From Myxococcales bacterium (GTDB lineage Bacteria; Myxococcota_A; Polyangia; Polyangiales; DASUME01), in contig JASGJH010000001.1 of the NCBI GenBank assembly GCA_047601445.1, forward strand, positions 8,800,001 to 8,864,000: 64,000 nt of DNA, in the 5' to 3' direction. The notes beneath the pieces are model-generated. The model saw only the letters and a list, made by a program, of their open reading frames with translations, did not search any database and had not been told where the DNA came from. Both the position numbers and the translations under genes were made by a program. Shown here in pieces: positions 57,857 through 64,000 of the stretch. Every line of letters starts with the position of its first letter. The first letter of the stretch is position 1.

Positions 57857-59767
57857 GTGGCAGGCTTGGCTCGAATCGATCGCCGCGAGGGAAGGTTTCC
57901 GAGGGCCTTTCGTACGCTCCGAGGACGCAGCAATTGCTGCGTCGAGTCGTATCGTCGTGCTTGTTCGCGCGTTGGTTCGCGCGCCGGTGTACTTGGGGGG
58001 GCCCTGGTGTTGCCGTGGCTTTCGAATGCGGGCGCGTTCGCCGTGGGAGTCCTGGGGGGGGGCCTGGTGGCGACCATGCTCGGCCTCGCGGGGCTGCGGC
58101 TGGCACGCCGGCGCGTGCGAGCCCCGCGGGTGGTCGCTTCCGACGAATCCGCTGACAGGTCCGAGCTGCGCTTGCGGCGCGGGGGCCTGCTCGAGCAGGG
58201 CCTGCGGAGCCATGCGCGCTATCGGGCGGTGGTGGAAGCCTCGTCGTCGTTGCTTTGGGTGGTCGATGCCACCGGCTCCATCAAAGAAGGTGGGCTGGCT
58301 TTCAAACGGCTCACGGGGGTCGATCCCGGGGCGGTGAATCCGCTCGGCTGGGTGGACGCGGTGCACGAGCTCGATCGACCGCGCTTCTTGAGCGAGTGGG
58401 GCGTCGGCGTCGAGAGTGGGCGCCCGTTCGACGGCGAGATTCGCATGCTGAACCTCGCCCACGGCCATTACCGCACGAGCTGGTTTCGGGCGGTGCCGGT
58501 GCGAGACGAACAGGGCGTGCTTCAGGAGTGGGTGCTGACGCTGCTCGATATCGAGGATAAGCGTCAGAGCGAGCGTGAGCGGCGCGAGATCGAGCGGCGC
58601 GCGCAGGAAGCGCAGCGCATGGAGAGCCTCGGCGTGCTCGCGGGCGGTGTCGCCCATGACTTCAACAATCTGTTGGTCGGCGTGATGGGACATGCCGAGT
58701 GGTTGTCACGTCGCATCGAGGCGGCCTCTCCGCTGCAGGATAATCTGCAGCGCATCGTGACGGCGGCGGAGCGGGCGGCTCAACTTTGCAAGCAGATGCT
58801 CGCGTTCGCCGGACGTGGGCGCTTCCTGGTGGAGCCGTGTAGCGTATCGGCGATCGCCAAGGAGATGCAGAGCAGCCTCGTGACGCTGGCGCCCCAGGGC
58901 ACGCGGGTGCTGGTGCAGGCGCAGCCGAACCTCGCACCGGTGGAGGCCGATCCCACCGAGCTGAAGCAGGTCTTGTTGAGCTTGGTGACCAATTCTGCCG
59001 AGGCCTTCGAGGGCTGCCCCGGGGGCACCATCACGGTGGTCACGGGTTCGCGCTTTTTCACTTCCACCGAGCTGATGCGGACCAAGTTGGGCGCGCGCTG
59101 CGTGGAGGGTGAGTACGTGTTCCTCGAGGTGCGGGACGACGGTCCGGGCATCCCGGCCGATGTCTTGCCGCGCATCTTCGACCCGTTCTTCTCCACCAAA
59201 TTCATGGGACGTGGCCTGAGCCTGGCGGCGGTGCTCGGCATCGCGCGTAGCCACCGCGGCACCGTCGACGTGACCTCCGCGCCAGGCGAAGGGACCTGCG
59301 TGCGCATGATGCTACCCGCGCTCCTGGCAGGCTCCTTCGCGACGCGCACGCCGCCGCCGGCCAGCCGCAGCGCCAAGGGCACGGTGCTGGTGGTGGACGA
59401 CGATGTCGAAGTACGCGAGCTGGCGCGGCTCACGCTCGAGGACGTGGGCGTGCGTGTGTTGGTGGCCTGCAATGGCGACGAGGCCATCGAAGTGTTCACC
59501 GAGATGCACGCTGCCATCGACTTGGTGCTGCTCGATCTCACCATGCCCGGCACCGACAGCGCGAGCACGCTGCGCGCCTTGCGCGGGTTGAAGCCCGAGA
59601 TCTGCGTGGTGCTCTCGAGCGGCTACCTGCCGGGTGACGCCATCGAGCGCATCGGCGCGTCGGGCGTCGATGGCTTCGTGCAGAAGCCGTGGCGCCCGAG
59701 CGATTTGGTCGACAAGCTATCGGGGCTGCTCGTCCGACGGCCCTCCGGACGCTTCAGGGTCGCCTGA
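57857..59767 (+). CDS. Hybrid sensor histidine kinase (PAS-HisKA-HATPase-REC)
   Basis: LAGGVAHDFNNLL, DDGPGI, FDPFFSTK, REC VVDDD...LLDLTMPG...QKP; start uncertain. Confidence 0.92.
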   Translation: MAGLARIDRREGRFPRAFRTLRGRSNCCVESYRRACSRVGSRAGVLGGALVLPWLSNAGAFAVGVLGGGLVATMLGLAGLRLARRRVRAPRVVASDESADRSELRLRRGGLLEQGLRSHARYRAVVEASSSLLWVVDATGSIKEGGLAFKRLTGVDPGAVNPLGWVDAVHELDRPRFLSEWGVGVESGRPFDGEIRMLNLAHGHYRTSWFRAVPVRDEQGVLQEWVLTLLDIEDKRQSERERREIERRAQEAQRMESLGVLAGGVAHDFNNLLVGVMGHAEWLSRRIEAASPLQDNLQRIVTAAERAAQLCKQMLAFAGRGRFLVEPCSVSAIAKEMQSSLVTLAPQGTRVLVQAQPNLAPVEADPTELKQVLLSLVTNSAEAFEGCPGGTITVVTGSRFFTSTELMRTKLGARCVEGEYVFLEVRDDGPGIPADVLPRIFDPFFSTKFMGRGLSLAAVLGIARSHRGTVDVTSAPGEGTCVRMMLPALLAGSFATRTPPPASRSAKGTVLVVDDDVEVRELARLTLEDVGVRVLVACNGDEAIEVFTEMHAAIDLVLLDLTMPGTDSASTLRALRGLKPEICVVLSSGYLPGDAIERIGASGVDGFVQKPWRPSDLVDKLSGLLVRRPSGRFRVA

Positions 59768-59788
59768 GCACAGTGGTCCGGCGGAAGC

Positions 59789-60421
59789 TCAGGAGGCCTC
59801 GCTGTCTTCGCCAATCCGGTGATCCACCAGGCGCTTCACGCTGGCGGGAATGCCGACGGCCACGCAGCGCTCCGGGACGTCCGAGAGCACGACTGCATTG
59901 GCGCCGATGACCGCGTGATCACCGATGCGCACGCCGCCGAGGATCTTGGCGCCCGGGCCCACGTCGACGTGGCCGCCGAGTTGGGGCAGTCCCGGCTTGG
60001 GGCCGGTACCGATGGTGACCTGCTGGAACAGAATGCAGTTCGGTCCGAGGCGAGCGTCAGGGTGGAGCACCACGCCGTTCGGGTGAGGCAGCACGAGTCC
60101 GCCAGCGATTTGGCTGTTCAAGGGCACGTCGGAGCCGCACACCGCGGACCAGAAGCGATGACGCAGCACCGCGAGCTTGCCCTGTGTGAAGGCCAGCATG
60201 CCCACGCCGTGTCGAGCTCGCTGATAGTCGCGCATGGCCCGCAGTACCTGGCGTGAGGGCTGCCAGCTCCAGGGCTTGCAGCCTTCGCGCTTCCAGTCGG
60301 GCTCGAGTGCAGACACCTCCGCATGGGGCGCGGCCGCAGTCCGAGGCTCGACATTCGCCTGGGCAAGCAGTGCTTCCCCAAGCTGTCGGAGCTTCTTCAT
60401 CTGGGGGTGAGGGTCGCCCAT
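59789..60421 (-). CDS. Serine O-acetyltransferase-like hexapeptide transferase (WcaB-like)
   Basis: LPHPNGVV, QQVTIG, GAKILG, IGANAVV, GIPA. Confidence 0.88.
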   Translation of the reverse strand: MGDPHPQMKKLRQLGEALLAQANVEPRTAAAPHAEVSALEPDWKREGCKPWSWQPSRQVLRAMRDYQRARHGVGMLAFTQGKLAVLRHRFWSAVCGSDVPLNSQIAGGLVLPHPNGVVLHPDARLGPNCILFQQVTIGTGPKPGLPQLGGHVDVGPGAKILGGVRIGDHAVIGANAVVLSDVPERCVAVGIPASVKRLVDHRIGEDSEAS

Positions 60422-60617
60422 GTAGGAACCGTGACACCGTCGCGAGCGCACCGGCAACCGCCGTGAAGCGAGTGAAGTCACGTTGTTTTCACGGACGCAC
60501 TGGGTCGCGCGCGAGAGCGCCGTGGGGCGGTGCAAGTCGCTACGTGCGCGCGAGGCGGCCGCATTTTTGCCTCGGCCTCGGCGCACGCTTTGCGACAGGA
60601 GAGTGTGCCGGCCGTGA

Positions 60618-61295
60618 TTAGTCGCCGAGCCTGCCCACGTAGATCACGTGGCGCGGTCCACCGCCGCGGTTGCGCACGACTTCGGTGCGGAAACCAGCTT
60701 GTTGCATGCGGCGCTCGAACGAAGGCTCGGGGTCCTCGCCCCATACTACGTAGCTGCCGCGCGCCTTGAGCGAGCGCGCCGTGGCTTCCAAGATGCTCTT
60801 GCCGTAGAGAGGATCGTGCTCCGCGTGACGCCCCTGGGTCGGTCCTAGATACAGGTCGAGGATCACTGCGTCGAAGCGCTCGTGCACTCCGCTCGCGGCT
60901 TTTCGGATCACGTCGGTGACGTCGCCGATCACGACGTTCACACGCGCGTCCTCCAGCGCTGCACCGCTGACTTCGCGCAAGGGCCCGCGACCCCAAGTCG
61001 CCACCACCGGGTTCAGCTCGGCCACCGTTACGGAGGCGCGCTTGGGCAAGGCATCGAGTGCGGCGCGCAAGGTGAACCCTAGACCGAGCCCGCCGATCAA
61101 TACGCGAGGGGCAGGGAGCTGCTTCGCGCGCTCACAACCGAGCTCGGCGATCATCGACTCCGAGCGATGGATGATGCTGCTCATCAACACCCGCCCCGAA
61201 ACCGAGATCATGAAGTCGCGCGCATCGCGCTGACGCAACTCGAGCGGCCCCTCCGGGGTGTCCACACGTTCGATGAGCTTCCAAGGCCGTGGCAT
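60618..61295 (-). CDS. Spermidine synthase-like SAM-binding protein
   Basis: VLMSS, VLIGGLGLGFTL, VTVAEL, FDAVILD, HVIY; ATG at 61295. Confidence 0.85.
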   Translation of the reverse strand: MPRPWKLIERVDTPEGPLELRQRDARDFMISVSGRVLMSSIIHRSESMIAELGCERAKQLPAPRVLIGGLGLGFTLRAALDALPKRASVTVAELNPVVATWGRGPLREVSGAALEDARVNVVIGDVTDVIRKAASGVHERFDAVILDLYLGPTQGRHAEHDPLYGKSILEATARSLKARGSYVVWGEDPEPSFERRMQQAGFRTEVVRNRGGGPRHVIYVGRLGD

Positions 61296-61333
61296 GCGAA
61301 GCCGGTGTTGCCACGCCATCGACACGAGGGAAA

Positions 61334-61557
61334 GCCGTAGCCGAGGCGGTGGCCGAGGCATTGGCAGGGGCCGAGGCGGTGGCCGTGACCGTGGCGGAGA
61401 CGGTGTTGGTGGCCGGAGACCGTGGCCGGAACCCCCGCCCGATCCTGTCGCGGTGTCGGTCGCGGCCCTAGCCACGACCACTGCCACGGTCACGACCGCT
61501 GCCACCAACACCGTCTCCGGCCACTGCCACTGCCACCGCCACGCTCTCCGCCACGGC
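61334..61557. repeat. Paired inverted arrays of degenerate hexamers (GGCCGT-like / GCCACT-like)
   Basis: GGAGACGGTGTTGGTGGC (61396-61413) is the exact reverse complement of 61501-61518; CGTGACCGTGGC (61384-61395) is the reverse complement of 61483-61494. Confidence 0.8.
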
Positions 61558-61626
61558 GTCCGATCCCCGGTCCCGCCACGGTGTCGATTTGACTCGGTCT
61601 GCGTTGGCTCGCATGCTCGGCGCGAT

Positions 61627-61807
61627 TTTGGGACAGTGGTGCCTGTTTCTAGGGCCACTGGTCGAGCAAGCACTGCTCGATAAGGGAAGCCGGTCGAACA
61701 CCGGCGCGGACCCGCCACGGTAGAGGGCTGAATCCTCCGCGAGATGCCACTGGCGAAAGCTGGGAAGGCGCGGAGGCTAGGGCCCTGAGCCCGGAAACCT
61801 ACCCAAA
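61627..61807 (+). ncRNA. Cobalamin (AdoCbl) riboswitch
   Basis: TAAGGGAAGCCGGT..ACCGGCGCGGACCCGCCACGGT core, GCCACTGG-CGAAAG-CTGGGAAGG, B12 box AGCCCGGAAACCTACC; lies upstream of a TonB receptor. Confidence 0.93.
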
Positions 61808-61834
61808 CATCGTCGTGACTCCTGTGCCTCGGGG

Positions 61835-63994
61835 ATGGCAAGGGAGGACGCCGCGCGCCCCCGCGTGGAGTCCGTTCTGCGCCTGCCCGAGGCCACTCTA
61901 GCGATGCTGGGTGGTTCTTTGACGTGGTGTCGGACAACGTTGGAAGTGGCTGGTGGCAAGCGCCTCGCGCTGGCCATGTTCGCGCTCGCGTTGCTGCACA
62001 GCCGTGCCTCGCTTGCGCAGTCCAGCGAGGACGGTGCCGATCACTACGGCGCCAGCGCCCGCGTCGCTCGTCCGGTAGCCGCCCGCAACGAAGAAGACGC
62101 GACCGCCGCTGCGACCACCGTGGATCTCGAGAAACGTCCCATGGCGCTCGAGACCTTCCGCGACGTCTTCCCCGAGGTCCCCGGGGCCATGGCGCTGGCC
62201 TCGGGCGGCTACGGCTCGTTCCAGAGTGTGTCGCTCCGTGGCACCGATCAGGCGCAGACCGTCTGGTTGCTCGGTGACGTGCCGCTCAACGGACCTGACA
62301 GCGGCGCCTTCGACATGTCGCTCTTGCCGCTGCCGCAGTTCTCGCGGCTCGAGGTGTACCGCAGCGGAGCCCCCGTGTGGTTCGGCCAGGGCAGCATCGG
62401 TGGCGTGATCCGCGTGGTGCCCCGCGAGGCCGAAGGCACGGGTGTCAGCGCTCAGGCGGGGGCGGGTTCCTTCGGCCGCTACGAGGCGCGCGCGAACAGC
62501 TACGTGTCGAGCTTCGGTCGGCGGCCGATCTCACTCTACAGTGGGATCCAGGTCACCAGCGCCAAGAACGACTTTCTCTACTACGACGACAACAGCACGC
62601 GCTTCGTCAAGGACGACGACGTCGAGCGCCGCCTCAAGAACGCCCAACTGCTCGACGGCACCGGTCTCTTGCATCTGCGCACGAAGCTCGCAGCGGGTCA
62701 CATGGACCTGATCGTCTACGGCCTCGGTCGCACCGGCGGTGTTCCCGGCGCGGGCGGGCGCGACAGCAACGCGACCAAGACGCGCCGTGAGCTACGCCGA
62801 GGGCTGCTGTCGCTGGCATACACCCAGGAGAGCAAGCGCCACGCGCGACGTCACTACCGCCTGCAGGCGCTGGGGAGTGCGCAGGGCGAGCAGCGCGAGC
62901 TCGACGATCCTTTCGCCGAGCTTTCGCTAGGTGGTCCGCGCGCGCTCGAGCAGAACCTGGCGCGCTTGACCGGTCGCTTGGCGGGCTCGTTCGACCTCAC
63001 GCGTGTCATCGAGGCCACGCTGATCGGGAACTACACCTTCGATCGCTTTCGGGACGACGACGCGATCCAGGCATCACCGCTTGGACCCTCCACGCGCCAC
63101 ACGCAGGCTGCGGTCGGCGAGCTGCGCCTGCACGGCCGCGTGCTGGGCTTGCGCGCCGAGCTGCGTGGCTCCGTGCGCGCCGAGTTCAGTCAGACGGCGC
63201 TCTCGTTGATCCGCGTCAAGACACGTACCCACGAAGAGTCCACGCTGCGCAACCAGACCTATCGCCTGGCAGGCTTGATCGAACCCTGGGCTGGCCTCAC
63301 CGTGCGCAGCTCGGTCGGCACGGGCCGGCGCCTACCTTCGATGCTCGAGCTGTTCGGTGACGGCGTGAACATCGTGCCGAACCCGGACCTGTTGCCCGAG
63401 AGCGGGACCTACGCCGACGCCGGCCTGGTGTACAGCGGCACCCTCGGCAAGATGTGCATGGTGCTCGAGGCCAACGGCTTCTGGAATCGGGTCGACGACA
63501 AGATCGTCCAGGTCTCCAACAGCTTCAAGACGATGGCTACCAACGCGGGCAATGCAGAAGCAATCGGCAGCGAGCTCGGAGCGGAGTTGTCATACCTGCG
63601 CAACCTGCGGCTCGTGACCGCCGCGACCTTCATGGACACCAGCAACAAGCTGGACCGCCCCGGCGCCGTGCCGCGCCAGCTGCCGCGCCAACCCAAGGCT
63701 CGCGCTTACGCTCGGCTCGAGGCGTCCACCTTCTTTTCGAGTGCACTCGAGCGCCTGACTGTGTTCGGCACCGTGGAGTACGTGTCCACTTTCTATTACA
63801 GCATCGCCAACGACGTGCCGCGCTCTCCGCTCACCAAGGTCGGGCTCGGGGCCGCGCTCGGCTTCCTCGAAGACCGCGTCGAACTTCAGGTGCGCGTGTC
63901 CGATCTGCTCGATGCACGTGGCCAGGATTATCAGCGCCTGCCGTTGCCGGGGCGCTTTATTGGATTTCTACTCAGTGTGAAAGAGGAGTCGTGA
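61835..63994 (+). CDS. TonB-dependent receptor, probable BtuB-type cobalamin receptor
   Basis: Plug VPGA...VSLRG...DVPLN...RLEVYR...GSIGGVI; NPDLLPE; PGRF; behind a B12 riboswitch; true start may be 61865, 61904 or 61977. Confidence 0.9.
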   Translation: MAREDAARPRVESVLRLPEATLAMLGGSLTWCRTTLEVAGGKRLALAMFALALLHSRASLAQSSEDGADHYGASARVARPVAARNEEDATAAATTVDLEKRPMALETFRDVFPEVPGAMALASGGYGSFQSVSLRGTDQAQTVWLLGDVPLNGPDSGAFDMSLLPLPQFSRLEVYRSGAPVWFGQGSIGGVIRVVPREAEGTGVSAQAGAGSFGRYEARANSYVSSFGRRPISLYSGIQVTSAKNDFLYYDDNSTRFVKDDDVERRLKNAQLLDGTGLLHLRTKLAAGHMDLIVYGLGRTGGVPGAGGRDSNATKTRRELRRGLLSLAYTQESKRHARRHYRLQALGSAQGEQRELDDPFAELSLGGPRALEQNLARLTGRLAGSFDLTRVIEATLIGNYTFDRFRDDDAIQASPLGPSTRHTQAAVGELRLHGRVLGLRAELRGSVRAEFSQTALSLIRVKTRTHEESTLRNQTYRLAGLIEPWAGLTVRSSVGTGRRLPSMLELFGDGVNIVPNPDLLPESGTYADAGLVYSGTLGKMCMVLEANGFWNRVDDKIVQVSNSFKTMATNAGNAEAIGSELGAELSYLRNLRLVTAATFMDTSNKLDRPGAVPRQLPRQPKARAYARLEASTFFSSALERLTVFGTVEYVSTFYYSIANDVPRSPLTKVGLGAALGFLEDRVELQVRVSDLLDARGQDYQRLPLPGRFIGFLLSVKEES

Positions 63995-64000
63995 TGAACA
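63994..64000 (+). CDS. Start of next translationally coupled gene (truncated)
   Basis: TGATG stop/start overlap at 63992-63996. Confidence 0.45.

Noticed and set aside
59190..59235. Inactive kinase because the G2 box reads GRGLSL
   Set aside because: It is a single substitution with the H, G1 and F boxes intact, which is insufficient to call a pseudokinase.
61296..61937. 439-aa extended version of the spermidine-synthase-like ORF
   Set aside because: The extension reads through the hexamer arrays and antisense to the riboswitch; the real start is probably 61295.

Overview
High-GC window, apparently from a myxobacterium (Polyangiales-like; inferred from gene families, Cys-rich lipoproteins and S-x-P-P-rich tails). 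It holds about 60 CDS. These include era-der, a TPR/PEGA protein followed by two lipoproteins with a shared N-terminal motif, a TetR/AraC/SDR block, sodB, and a Neverland/KshA-like Rieske oxygenase. A 15-gene Tad/Flp pilus locus (13904-26658) has five pilin-like genes and two CpaF ATPases (one FHA-fused), but no recognisable secretin or TadZ. Further genes are divergent ku/ligD, a second ATP-dependent ligase, an ECF/anti-sigma pair, FadL, ABC-F, a single-chain GT2-GtrA-GT-C glycosylation protein, orn, a BtuCDF-like transporter and a TonB receptor behind a cobalamin riboswitch. Non-coding signals read from the sequence: a covarying three-hairpin ~80-nt repeat in 4 copies (plus 1 degenerate), two of which bracket sodB as inverted repeats; about ten -10 boxes exactly 6 nt upstream of start codons (leaderless genes); tandem TetR-type operators; and short-period repeat arrays. 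No rRNA, tRNA, CRISPR array, transposase or integrase was recognised. All calls come from manual motif recognition; no database search was run.
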